The notes under the pieces: model-generated
Database searches by the model: none
Seen by the model: only the letters and a program-made list of their open reading frames with translations
Told to the model about the DNA's origin: nothing
Assembly: GCA_964016885.1 (NCBI GenBank)
Contig: OZ024741.1
Location: 258,230,001 to 258,294,000 of the forward strand
Origin: Eledone cirrhosa
Taxonomy: Eukaryota
Direction: 5' to 3'
DNA length: 64,000 nt
Program-made: the position numbers and the translations under genes
Shown here: positions 27,801 to 41,500 of the stretch, one piece after another
Numbering within the stretch: position 1 is the stretch's first letter
Layout of the letters: the number at the start of each line of letters is the position of its first letter

Positions 27801-28000
27801 CTGCTTTTCAAATTCATTACATTAATCTTTATTTACACGTTTCGCTTTACGAGTGTTTCGACTTACGAGTGTTTCGACTTACGAGTGTTTCGACTTACGA
27901 GTGTTTCGACTTACGAGTGTTTCGACTTACGAGTGTTTCGACTTACGAGTGTTTCGACTTACGAGTGTTCTGAATAACGAGTGTTCTGATTACGAGTGTT
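21900..28000 (+). repeat. Dispersed copy of about 4050-10200 (offset about 17.8-17.9 kb)
   Basis: Same linker order and private alleles: TTTTGAAA (4339/22206), TTACAAAAATAA (6475/24389), 6058/23972, 9347/27133, 10002/27772. GACAGAAGGATG at about 8414 and 26312. Confidence 0.92.
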
Positions 28001-28290
28001 TCGACTTACGAGTGTTCTGACTTACGAGTGTTCTGACTTACGAGTGTTCTGACTTACGAGTGTTCTGACATACGTGTGTTCTGACTTACGAGTGTTCCAA
28101 TTTACGAGTGTTTCGGCATATGAGTGTTTCGACTTACGAATGTTTTTGCTTACGGGTGTTTCGACTTACGAATGTTTTTGCTTACGAGTGTTTCGGCTTA
28201 CGAGTGTTTCGACTTACGAAAATAACAAATAGACGCGGTTTCAAATCTCTGCTTTTCAAATTCATTACATTAATCTTTATTTACACGTTT
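27560..28290 (+). repeat. 448-bp local duplication of a leader plus 2-bp-deleted linker; inherited at 38177/38625 and 46522/46970
   Basis: Linkers at 27772 and 28220 both read CTCTGC...TACAC. The offset is 448 in all three pairs. Confidence 0.88.
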
Positions 28291-29665
28291 CGCTTTACGA
28301 GTGCTTCGACTTACGCGTGTTTCGACTTACGAGTGTTTCGACTTACGAGTGTTTCGACTTACGAGTGTTTCGGCTTACGAGTGTTTTGACTTACGAGTGT
28401 TTCGGCTGTCGAGTGTTTCGACTTACGAGTGTTTTGACTTAAGGGTGTTTCGACTTACGAGTGTTTCGACTTACGAGTGTTTCGACTTACGAGTGTTTCG
28501 GCTTACGAGTGTTTTGACTTAAGGGTGTTTCGACTTACGAGTGTTTCGATACGAGTGTTTCGACTTACGAGTGTTCTGACTTACGAGTGTTCCGACTTAC
28601 GAGTGTCTCGGCTTACGAGTGTTTCGGCTTACGAGTGTTTCGACTTACGAGTGTTTCGACTTACGAGTGTTTTGGCTTACGGTGTTTCGACTTACGAGTG
28701 TTTCGGCTTACGAGTGTTTTGACTTAAGGGTGTTTCGACTTACGAGTGTTTCGATACGAGTGTTTCGACTTACGAGTGTTTCGGCTTACGAGTGTTTCGA
28801 CTTACGAGTGTTTCGACTTACGAGTGTTCCGACTTACGGGTGTTTCGACTTACGAGTGTTTCGAGTTAAGAGTGTTTTGACTTACGCGTGTTTTGACATA
28901 CGAGTGTTCTGACTTACGAGTGTTCTGACTTACGAGTGTTCTGACTTACGAGTGTTCTGACTTACGAGTGTTCTGACTTACGAGTGTTCCGACTTTACGA
29001 GTGTTTCGGCTCACGAGTGTTTCGGCTTACGAGTGTTTCGACTTACGAAAATAACATATAGACGCGGTTTCAAATCTCTATGCTTTTCAAATTCATTACA
29101 TTAATCTTTATTTATACGTTTCGCTTTACGAGTGTTTCGACTTACGAGTGTTTCGACATACGAGTGTTTCGACTTACGAATGTTTCGGCTTACGAGTGTT
29201 TCGACTTACGAGTGTTCTGACTTACGAGTGTTCTGACTTATGAGTGTTCTGGCTTACGAGTGTTCTGACTTACGAGTGTTCCGACTTACGAGTGTTTCGG
29301 CTTACGAGTGTTTCGGCTTACGAGTGTTTCGACTTACGAGTGTTCTGACTTACGAGTGTTCTGACTTATGAGTGTTCTGACTTACGAGTGTTCTGACTTA
29401 CGAGTGTTTCGACTTACGAGTGTTTTGACTTACTGGTGTTTTGACATACGAGTGTTTCTATACGAGTGTTTCGACTTACGAGTGTTCTGACTTACGAGTG
29501 TTCTAACTTACGAGTGTTCTGACTTACGAGTGTTCTGACTTACGAGTGTTCCGACTTACGAGTGTTTCGGCTAACGTGTGTTTCGGCTTACGAGTGTTTC
29601 GGCTTACGAGTGTTTCGACTTACGTGTGTTTTGACTTACGGTGTTTCGGCTTACGAGTGTTTCGA

Positions 29666-31510
29666 CTTACGAGTGTTTTGACTTACGAGTGTTCTGACTT
29701 ACGAGTGTTCTGACTTACGAGTGTTCTGACTTACGAGTGTTCTGACATACGTGTGTTCTGAGTTACGAGTGTTCCGATTACGAGTGTTTCGGCATATGAG
29801 TGTTTCGACTTACGGATGTTTTTGCTTACGGGTGTTTCGACTTACGAATGTTTTTGCTTACGAGTGTTTCGGCTTACGAGTGTTTCGACTTACGAAAATA
29901 ACAAATAGACGCGGTTTCAAATCTCTATGCTTTTCAAATTCATTACATTAATCTTTATTTACACGTTTCGCTTTACGAGTGTTTCGACTTACGAGTGTTT
30001 CGACTTACGAGTGTTTCGACTTACGAGTGTTTCGACTTACGAGTGTTTCGACTTACGAGTGTTTTGACTTACGAGTGTTCTGACTTACGAGTGTTCTGAC
30101 TTACGAATGTTCCGACTTACGAGTGTTTCGACTTACGAGTGTTTCGACTTACGAGTGTTTCGACTTACGAGTGTTTCGGCTTACGAGTGTTTTGACTTAC
30201 GAGTGTTCTGACTACGAGTGTTCTGACTTACGAGTGTTTCGGCTTATGAGTGTTTCGACTTACGAGTGTTTCGGCTTATGAGTGTTTCGTCGTACGAGTG
30301 TTTCGGCTTACGAGTGTTTCGACTTACGAGTGTTTCGACTTACGAGTGTTTCGACTTACGGGTGTTTCGACTTACGAGTGTATCGACTACGAGTGTTTCG
30401 ACTTACGAGTGTTTCGGCTTACGAGTGTTTCGACATACGGGTGTTTCGACTTACGGTGTTTCGGCTTACGAGTGTTTAGATACGAGTGTTCTGACTTACG
30501 AGTGTTCTGACTTACGAGTGTTCTGACTTACGAGTGTTCTGACTTGCGAGTGTTCCGACTTTACGAGTGTTTCGGCTCACGAGTCTTTCGGCTTACGAGT
30601 GTTTTGACTTACGAGTGTTCTGACTTACGAGTGTTCTGACTTACGAGTGTTCTGACTTACGAGTGTTCTGACATACGTGTGTTCTGAGTTACGAGTGTTC
30701 CGATTACGAGTGTTTCGGCATATGAGTGTTTCGACTTACGGATGTTTTTGCTTACGGGTGTTTCGACTTACGAATGTTTTTGCTTACGAGTGTTTCGGCT
30801 TACGAGTGTTTCGACTTACGAAAATAACAAATAGACGCGGTTTCAAATCTCTATGCTTTTCAAATTCATTACATTAATCTTTATTTACACGTTTCGCTTT
30901 ACGAGTGTTTCGACTTACGAGTGTTTCGACTTACGAGTGTTTCGACTTACGAGTGTTTCGACTTACGAGTGTTTCGACTTACGAGTGTTTTGACTTACGA
31001 GTGTTCTGACTTACGAGTGTTCTGACTTACGAATGTTCCGACTTACGAGTGTTTCGACTTACGAGTGTTTCGACTTACGAGTGTTTCGACTTACGAGTGT
31101 TTCGGCTTACGAGTGTTTTGACTTACGAGTGTTCTGACTACGAGTGTTCTGACTTACGAGTGTTTCGGCTTATGAGTGTTTCGACTTACGAGTGTTTCGG
31201 CTTATGAGTGTTTCGTCGTACGAGTGTTTCGGCTTACGAGTGTTTCGACTTACGAGTGTTTCGACTTACGAGTGTTTCGACTTACGGGTGTTTCGACTTA
31301 CGAGTGTATCGACTACGAGTGTTTCGACTTACGAGTGTTTCGGCTTACGAGTGTTTCGACATACGGGTGTTTCGACTTACGGTGTTTCGGCTTACGAGTG
31401 TTTAGATACGAGTGTTCTGACTTACGAGTGTTCTGACTTACGAGTGTTCTGACTTACGAGTGTTCCGACTTTACGAGTGTTTCGGCTCACGAGTCTTTCG
31501 GCTTACGAGT
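29666..31510 (+). repeat. Tandem duplication, 926-bp unit
   Basis: Private variant TTTCGTCGTACG at about 30285 and 31211; linkers 29896/30822; identical ORF translations at 30250/31176. Confidence 0.92.
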
Positions 31511-32559
31511 GTTTCGACTTACGAAAATAACAAATAGACGCGGTTTCAAATCTCTATGCTTTTCAAATTCGTTACATTAATCTTTATTTATACGTTTCGC
31601 TTTACGAGTGTTTCGACTTACGAGTGTTTCGACATACGAGTGTTTCGGCTTACGAGTGTTTTAATTTACGAGTGTTTTGAATTACGGGTGCTTCGACTTA
31701 CGCGTATTTCGACTTACGAGTGTTTCGACTTACGAGTGTTTCGACTTACGAGTGATTCGACTTACGAATGTTTTGACTTACGGGTGTTTCGGCTTGCGAG
31801 TGTTTCGACTTACGAGCGTTTCGGCTTATGAGTGTTTCGACTTACTAATGTTTTTACTTACGAGTGTTTCGGCGTACGAGTCTTTTGACTTACGAGTGTT
31901 TCGACTTACGAGTGTTTTGACTTACGAATGTTCTGACTTACGGGTGTTTCGGCTTACGAGTGTTTCGACTTAGGAGTGTTTCGGTGGCGAGTGTTTCGAC
32001 TTACGAGTGTTTTGACTTAAGGGTGTTTCGACTTACGAGTGTTTCGACTTACGAGTGTTTCGACTTACGAGTGTTTCGGCTTACGAGTGTTTTGACTTAA
32101 GGGTGTTTCGACTTACGAGTGTTTCGATACGAGTGTTTCGACTTACGAGTGTTCTGACTTACGATTGTTCTGACTTACGAGCGTTCTGACTTACGAGTGT
32201 TCTGACTTACGAGTGTTTCGGCTTACGAGTGTTTCGGCTTACTAGTGTTTCGACTTACGAGTGTTTCGACTTACGAGTGTTCCGACTTACGGGTGTTTCG
32301 ACTTACGAGTGTTTTGGCTTATAGTGTTTCGGCTTACGAGTGTTTCGAGTTAAGAGTGTTTTGACTTACGCGTGTTTTGACATACGAGTGTTCTGACTTA
32401 CGAGTGTTCTGACTTACGAGTGTTCTGACTTACGAGTGTTCTGACATACGTGTGTTCTGAGTTACGAGTGTTCCGATTTACGAGTGTTTCGGCATATGAG
32501 TGTTTCGACTTACGGATGTTTTTGCTTACGGGTGTTTCGACTTACGAATGTTTTTGCTT

Positions 32560-35500
32560 ACGAGTGTTTCGGCTTACGAGTGTTTCGACTTACGAAAATA
32601 ACAAATAGACGCGGTTTCAAATCTCTATGCTTTTCAAATTCATTACATTAATCTTTATTTACACGTTTCGCTTTACGAGTGTTTCGACTTACGAGTGTTT
32701 CGACTTACGAGTGTTTCGACTTACGAGTGTTTCGACTTACGAGTGTTTCGACTTACGAGTGTTTTGACTTACGAGTGTTCTGACTTACGAGTGTTCTGAC
32801 TTACGAGTGTTTCGACTTACGAGTGTTCTGACTTACGAGTGTTCTGACTTACGAATGTTCCGACTTACGAGTGTTTCGACTTACGAGTGTTTCGACTTAC
32901 GAGTGTTTCGACTTACGAGTGTTTCGGCTTACGAGTGTTTTGACTTACGAGTGTTCTGACTACGAGTGTTCTGACTTACGAGTGTTTCGGCTTATGAGTG
33001 TTTCGACTTACGAGTGTTTCGGCTTATGAGTGTTTCGTCTTACGAGTGTTTCGGCTTACGAGTGTTTCGACTTACGAGTGTTTCGACTTACGAGTGTTTC
33101 GACTTACGGGTGTTTCGACTTACGAGTGTTTCGACTACGAGTGTTTCGACTTACGAGTGTTTCGGCTTACGAGTGTTTCGACATACGGGTGTTTCGACTT
33201 ACGGTGTTTCGGCTTACGAGTGTTTAGATAGGAGTGTTCTGACTTACGAGTGTTCTGACTTACGAGTGTTCTGACTTACGAGTGTTCTGACTTACGAGTG
33301 TTCCGACTTTACGAGTGTTTCGGCTCACGAGTCTTTCGGCTTACGAGTGTTTCGACTTACGAAAATAACAAATAGACGCGGTTTCAAATCTCTATGCTTT
33401 TCAAATTCGTTACATTAATCTTTATTTATACGTTTCGCTTTACGAGTGTTTCGACTTACGAGTGTTTCGACATACGAGTGTTTCGGCTTACGAGTGTTTT
33501 AATTTACGAGTGTTTTGAATTACGGGTGCTTCGACTTACGCGTGTTTCGACTTACGAGTGTTTCGACTTACGAGTGTTTCGACTTACGAGTGATTCGACT
33601 TACGAATGTTTTGACTTACGGGTGTTTCGGCTTGCGAGTGTTTCGACTTACGAGCGTTTCGGCTTATGAGTGTTTCGACTTACTAATGTTTTTACTTACG
33701 AGTGTTTCGGCGTACGAGTCTTTTGACTTACGAGTGTTTCGACTTACGAGTGTTTTGACTTACGAATGTTCTGACTTACGGGTGTTTCGGCTTACGAGTG
33801 ATTCGACATAGAAGTGTTTCGGTGGCTAGTGTTTCGACTTACGAGTGTTTTGACTTAAGGATGTTTCGACTTACGAGTGTTTCGACTTACGAGTGTTTCG
33901 ACTTACGAGTGTTTCGGCTTACGAGTGTTTTGACTTAAGGGTGTTTCGACTTACGAGTGTTTCGATACGAGTGTTTCGACTTACGAGTGTTCTGACTTAC
34001 GATTGTTCTGACTTACGAGCGTTCTGACTTACGAGTGTTCTGACTTACGAGTGTTTCGGCTTACGAGTGTTTCGGCTTACAAGTGTTTCGACTTACGAGT
34101 GTTTCGACTTACGAGTGTTCCGACTTACGGGTGTTTCGACTTACGAGTGTTTTGGCTTATAGTGTTTCGGCTTACGAGTGTTTCGAGTTAAGAGTGTTTT
34201 GACTTACGCGTGTTTTGACATACGAGTGTTCTGACTTACGAGTGTTCTGACTTACGAGCGTTCTGACTTACGAGTGTTCTGACTTACGAGTGTTCCGACT
34301 TTACGAGTGTTTCGGCTCACGAGTGTTTCGGCTTACGAGTGTTTCAACTTACGAAAATAACAAATAGACGCGGTTTCAAATCTCTATGCTTTTCAAATTC
34401 AGTACATTAATCTTTATTTATACGTTTCGCTTTACGAGTGTTTCGACTTACGAGTGTTTCGACATACGAGTGTTTCGACTTACGAATGTTTTTGCTTACG
34501 GGTGTTTCGACTTACGAATGTTTTTGCTAACGAGTGTTTCGGTTTACGAGTGTTCCGACTTACGAGTGTTTCGGCTTACGAGTGTTTCCGGCTTACGAGT
34601 GTTTCGACTTACGAGTGTTTTGACTTACGGTGTTTCGGCTTACGAGTGATTAGACTTACGAGTGTTTTGACTTACGGGTGTTTTGACTTACGGGTGTTGT
34701 GAATTACGAGTGTTCCGATTTACGAGTGTTTTGACTTACGGTGTTTCGGCTTACAAGTGATTCGACTTACGAATGTTTTGACTTACGGGTGTTTCGGCTT
34801 GCGAGTGTTTCGACTTACGAGTGTTTCGGCTTATGAGTGTTTCGACTTACTAATGTTTTTATTTACGAGTGTTTCGGCGTACGAGTGTTTTGACTTACGA
34901 GTGTTTCGACTTACGAATGTTTTGACTTACGAATGTTTTGACATACGGGTGTTTCGGCTTACGAGTGTTTCGACTTACGAGTGTTTTGACTAAAGGGTCT
35001 TTCGACTTACGAGTGTTTTGACTTACGAGTGTTTCGACTTACGAGAGTTTCGGATTACGAGTGTTTTGACTTGAGGGTTTTCGACTTACGAGTGTTTCGA
35101 TACGAGTGTTTCGACTTACGAGTGTTCTGACTTACGAGTGTTCTGATTTACGGATGTTTCGACACACGAGTGTTTCGAATTACGTGTGTTTCGACTTACG
35201 AGTGTTTTGACTTACGGGTGTTTTGACATACGAGTGTTTCGATACGAGTGTTTCGACTTACGAGTGTTCTGACTTACGAGTGTTCTGACTTACGAGTGTT
35301 CTTACTTACGAGTGTTCCGACTTACGAGTGTTTCGGCTTACGAGTGTTTCGACTTACGACTGTTCCGACTTACAGGTGTTTCGACTTACGAGTGTTTTGG
35401 CTTACGGTGTTTCGGCTTACGAGTGTTTCGAGTTACGAGTGTTTTGACTTACGCGTGTTTTGACATACGAGTGTTTCGATACGAGTGTTCTGACTTACGA

Positions 35501-38500
35501 GTGTTCTGACTTACGAGTGTTCTGACTTACGAGTGTTCTGACTTACGAGTGTTTCGACTTACGAGTGTTCTGACTTACGAGTGTTCTGACTTACGAATGT
35601 TCCGATTACGAGTGTTTCGACTTACGAGTGTTTAGACTTACGAGTGTTTCGACTTACGAGTGTTTCGGCTTACGAGTGTTTTGACTTACGAGTGTTCTGT
35701 CTACGAGTGTTCTGACTTACGAGTGTTTCGGCTTATGAGTGTTTCGACTTACGAGTGTTTCGGCTTATGAGTGTTTCGACTTACGGGCGTTTCGACTTAC
35801 GGGTGTTTCAACTTACGAGTGTTTTGACTTACGAGTGTTTCGGCTTATGAGTGTTTCGACTTACGGGCGTTTCGACTTACGGGTGTTTCAACTTACGAGT
35901 GTTTTGACTTACGAGTGTTCTGACTTACGAGTGTTCTGACTTACGAGTGTTTCGGCTTACGGGTGTTTCGACGTACGAGTATTTTTGGCTTACGAGTGTT
36001 TCGACTTACGAGTGTTTTGAATTACGATTGTTTCGGCTTACGAGTGTTTCGACTTACGAGTATTTCGACTTACGAGTGTTTTGACTTATGGGTGTTTTGA
36101 CATACGAGTGTTTCGATACGAATGCTCTGACTTACGAGTGTTCTGACTTACGAGTGTTCTGACTTACGAGTGTTCTGACTTACGGGTGTTCTGACTTACG
36201 TGTGTTCCGACTTACGAGTGTTTCGGCTATGGGTGTTTCGACTTACGAGTGTTTCGACTTACGAATGTTTTGGCTTACGAATGTTTCGACTTACGAATGT
36301 TTTGGCTTACGAGTGTTTCGGCTTACGGGTGTTTCGACTTACGAGTGTTTCGACTTACGAGTGTTTTGACTTACGGTGTTTCGGCTTACGAGTTATTCGA
36401 CACACGAGTGTTTCGATTTACGGGTGTTTCGACTTACGGGTGTTTCGACTTACGAGCGTTTCGACTTATGAGTGTTTCGACTTACGAGTGTTCTGACTTA
36501 CGAGTGTTCTGACTTACGAGTGTTCCGACTTACGAGTGTTTAGGTTTACGAGTGTTTCGACACACGAGTGTTTTGACTTACGGGTGTTTCGACTTACGGG
36601 TGTTTCGACTTACGAGTGTTTCGGCTTACGAGTGTTTCGACTTACTAATGTTTTTACTTACGAGTGTTTCGGTGTAGGAGTGTTTCGACAGAAGGATGTT
36701 TCGATTTACGAGTGTTTCGACTTACGAGTGTTTCGGCTTACGTGAGTTTCGACTTAAGAGTGTTCTGATTTACGAGTGTTCTGACTTGCGGGTGTTCTGA
36801 TTTACGAGTGTTCCGACTTACGAGTGTTTCGGCTTATGAGTGTTTCGACTTACGAGTGTTTCGGCTTACGAGTGTTTCGCCTTATGGGTGTTTCGACTTA
36901 CGAGTGTTTTTACTTACGGTGTTTCGGCTACGAGTGTTTCGACATACGAGTGTTTTTACTTACGGGTGTTTCGACTTACGAGTGTTTTGACTTACGAATG
37001 TTTTGACTTACGGTGTTTCGGCTTACGAGTGTTTCGACTTACGAGTGTTTCGGCTTACGAGTGTTTCGACTTAATAATGTTTTTACTTACGAGTGTTTCG
37101 GCGTACGAGTGTTTCGACTTACGAGTGTTTCGACTTACGGGTGTTTTGACTTACGGGTGTTTCGGCTTACGAGTGTTTTGACTTAAGGGTGTTTCGACTT
37201 ACGAGTGTTTCGACTTACGAGTGTTTCGGCTTACGAGTGTTTCGGCTTACGAGTGTTTCGACTTACGAGTGTTTCGACTTACGAGTGTTTCGACTTACGA
37301 ATGTTTCGACTTACGGTGTTTCGGCTTACGAGTGTTTCGACTTACGAGTGTTTTGACTTACTGGTGTTTTGACATACGAGTGTTTCGATACGACTGTTTC
37401 GACTTACGAGTGTTCTGACTTACGAGTGTTCTAACTTACGAGTGTTCTGACTTACGAGTGTTCTGACTTACGAGTGTTCCGACTTACGAGTGTTTCGGCT
37501 CACGAGTGTTTCGGCTTACGAGTGTTTCGACTTACGAAAATAACAAATAGACGCGGTTTCAAATCTCTATGCTTTTCAAATTCATTACATTAATCTTTAT
37601 TTATACGTTTCGCTTTACGAGTGTTTCGACTTACGAGTGTTTCGACTTACGAGTGTTTCGGCTTACGAGTGTTTTGACTTACGAGTGTTTTGACTTACAT
37701 GTGTTTCGACTTACGAGTGTTTCGACTTACGAGTGTTTCGACTTACGAGTGTTTCGACTACGGGTGTTTCGACTTACGAATGTTTTGACTTACGGATGTT
37801 TTGACTTACGGGTGTTTCGGCTTACGAGTGTTTCGACTTACGAGTGTTTCGACTTACGAGTGTTTTGACTTACGAGTGTTTTGACTTACGGTGTTTCGGC
37901 TTACGAGTGTTTCGACTTACGAGTGTTTTGACTTACGGGTGTTTTGACATACGAGTGTTTCGATACGAGTGTTCTGACTTACGAGTGTTCTGACTTACGA
38001 GTGTTCTGACTTACGAGTGTTCTGACATACGTGTGTTCTGACTTACGAGTGTTCCGATTTACGAGTGTTTCGGCATATGAGTGTTTCGACTTACGAATGT
38101 TTTTGCTTACGGGTGTTTCGACTTACGAATGTTTTTGCTTACGAGTGTTTCGGCTTACGAGTGTTTCGACTTACGAAAATAACAAATAGACGCGGTTTCA
38201 AATCTCTGCTTTTCAAATTCATTACATTAATCTTTATTTACACGTTTCGCTTTACGAGTGTTTCGACTTACGAGTGTTTCGACTTACGAGTGTTTCGACT
38301 TACGAGTGTTTCGACTTACGAGTGTTTCGACTTACGAGTGTTTCGACTTACGAGTGTTTCGACTTACGAGTGTTCTGAATAACGAGTGTTCTGATTACGA
38401 GTGTTTCGACTTACGAGTGTTCTGACTTACGAGTGTTCTGACTTACGAGTGTTCTGACTTACGAGTGTTCTGACATACGTGTGTTCTGACTTACGAGTGT

Positions 38501-41500
38501 TCCGATTTACGAGTGTTTCGGCATATGAGTGTTTCGACTTACGAATGTTTTTGCTTACGGGTGTTTCGACTTACGAATGTTTTTGCTTACGAGTGTTTCG
38601 GCTTACGAGTGTTTCGACTTACGAAAATAACAAATAGACGCGGTTTCAAATCTCTGCTTTTCAAATTCATTACATTAATCTTTATTTACACGTTTCGCTT
38701 TACGAGTGCTTCGACTTACGCGTGTTTCGACTTACGAGTGTTTCGACTTACGAGTGTTTCGACTTACGAGTGTTTCGGCTTACGAGTGTTTTGACTTACG
38801 AGTGTTTCGGCTGGCGAGTGTTTCGACTTACGAGTGTTTTGACTTAAGGGTGTTTCGACTTACGAGTGTTTCGACTTACGAGTGTTTCGACTTACGAGTG
38901 TTTCGGCTTACGAGTGTTTTGACTTAAGGGTGTTTCGACTTACGAGTGTTTCGATACGAGTGTTTCGACTTACGAGTGTTCTGACTTACGAGTGTTCCGA
39001 CTTACGAGTGTCTCGGCTTACGAGTGTTTCGGCTTACGAGTGTTTCGACTTACGAGTGTTTCGACTTACGAGTGTTTTGGCTTACGGTGTTTCGACTTAC
39101 GAGTGTTTCGGCTTACGAGTGTTTTGACTTAAGGGTGTTTCGACTTACGAGTGTTTCGATACGAGTGTTTCGACTTACGAGTGTTTCGGCTTACGGGTGT
39201 TTCGACTTACGAGTGTTTCGAGTTAAGAGTGTTTTGATTTACGCGTGTTTTGACATACGAGTGTTCTGACTTACGAGTGTTCTGACTTACGAGTGTTCTG
39301 ACTTACGAGTGTTCTGACTTACGAGTGTTCTGACTTACGAGTGTTCCGACTTTACGAGTGTTTCGGCTCACGAGTGTTTCGGCTTACGAGTGTTTCGACT
39401 TACGAAAATAACATATAGACGCGGTTTCAAATCTCTATGCTTTTCAAATTCATTACATTAATCTTTATTTATACGTTTCGCTTTACGAGTGTTTCGACTT
39501 ACGAGTGTTTCGACATACGAGTGTTTCGACTTACGAATGTTTTTGCTTACGGGTGTTTCGACTTACGAATATTTCGGCTTACGAGTGTTTCGACTTACGA
39601 GTGTTCTGACTTACGAGTGTTCTGACTTATGAGTGTTCTGACTTACGAGTGTTCTGACTTACGAGTGTTCTGACTTACGAGTGTTTCGACTTACGAGTGT
39701 TTTGACTTACTGGTGTTTTGACATACGAGTGTTTCTATACGAGTGTTTCGACTTACAAGTGTTCTGACTTACGAGTGTTCTAACTTACGAGTGTTCTGAC
39801 TTACGAGTGTTCTGACTTACGAGTGTTCCGACTTACGAGTGTTTCGGCTCACGTGTGTTTCGGCTTACGAGTGTTTCGGCTTACGAGTGTTTCGACTTAC
39901 GAGTGTTTTGACTTACGGTGTTTCGGCTTACGAGTGTTTCGACTTACGAGTGTTTTGACTTACGAGTGTTCTGACTTACGAGTGTTCTGACTTACGAGTG
40001 TTCTGACTTACGAGTGTTCTGACATACGTGTGTTCTGAGTTACGAGTGTTCCGATTACGAGTGTTTCGGCATATGAGTGTTTCGACTTACGGATGTTTTT
40101 GCTTACGGGTGTTTCGACTTACGAATGTTTTTGCTTACGAGTGTTTCGGCTTACGAGTGTTTCGACTTACGAAAATAACAAATAGACGCGGTTTCAAATC
40201 TCTATGCTTTTCAAATTCATTACATTAATCTTTATTTACACGTTTCGCTTTACGAGTGTTTCGACTTACGAGTGTTTCGACTTACGAGTGTTTCGACTTA
40301 CGAGTGTTTCGACTTACGAGTGTTTCGACTTACGAGTGTTTTGACTTACGAGTGTTCTGACTTACGAGTGTTCTGACTTACGAGTGTTTCGACTTACGAG
40401 TGTTCTGACTTACGAGTCTTCTGACTTACGAATGTTCCGACTTACGAGTGTTTCGACTTACGAGTGTTTCGACTTACGAGTGTTTCGACTTACGAGTGTT
40501 TCGGCTTACGAGTGTTTTGACTTACGAGTGTTCTGACTACGAGTGTTCTGACTTACGAGTGTTTCGGCTTATGAGTGTTTCGACTTACGAGTGTTTCGGC
40601 TTATGAGTGTTTCGTCTTACGAGTGTTTCGGCTTACGAGTGTTTCGACTTACGAGTGTTTCGACTTACGAGTGTTTCGACTTACGGGTGTTTCGACTTAC
40701 GAGTGTATCGACTACGAGTGTTTCGACTTACGAGTGTTTCGGCTTACGAGTGTTTCGACATACGGGTGTTTCGACTTACGGTGTTTCGGCTTACGAGTGT
40801 TTAGATACGAGTGTTCTGACTTACGAGTGTTCTGACTTACGAGTGTTCTGACTTACGAGTGTTCTGACTTACGAGTGTTCCGACTTTACGAGTGTTTCGG
40901 CTCACGAGTGTTTCGGCTTACGAGTGTTTCGACTTACGAAAATAACAAATAGACGCGGTTTCAAATCTCTATGCTTTTCAAATTCATTACATTAATCTTT
41001 ATTTACACGTTTCGCTTTACGAGTGTTTCGACTTACGAGTGTTTCGACTTACGAGTGTTTCGACTTACGAGTGTTTCGACTTACGAGTGTTTCGACTTAC
41101 GAGTGTTTTGACTTACGAGTGTTCTGACTTACGAGTGTTCTGACTTACGAGTGTTTCGACTTACGAGTGTTCTGACTTACGAGTGTTCTGACTTACGAAT
41201 GTTCCGACTTACGAGTGTTTCGACTTACGAGTGTTTCGACTTACGAGTGTTTCGACTTACGAGTGTTTCGGCTTACGAGTGTTTTGACTTACGAGTGTTC
41301 TGACTACGAGTGTTCTGACTTACGAGTGTTTCGGCTTATGAGTGTTTCGACTTACGAGTGTTTCGGCTTATGAGTGTTTCGTCTTACGAGTGTTTCGGCT
41401 TACGAGTGTTTCGACTTACGAGTGTTTCGACTTACGAGTGTTTCGACTTACGGGTGTTTCGACTTACGAGTGTTTCGACTACGAGTGTTTCGACTTACGA

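Noticed and set aside
27772-28220. 448-bp period equals exactly 28x16, suggesting selection to keep phase across linkers
   Set aside because: It results from an 81-bp linker unit plus one 15-bp monomer. Other periods (627, 926, 621, 414, 2234, 8344) are not multiples of 16.
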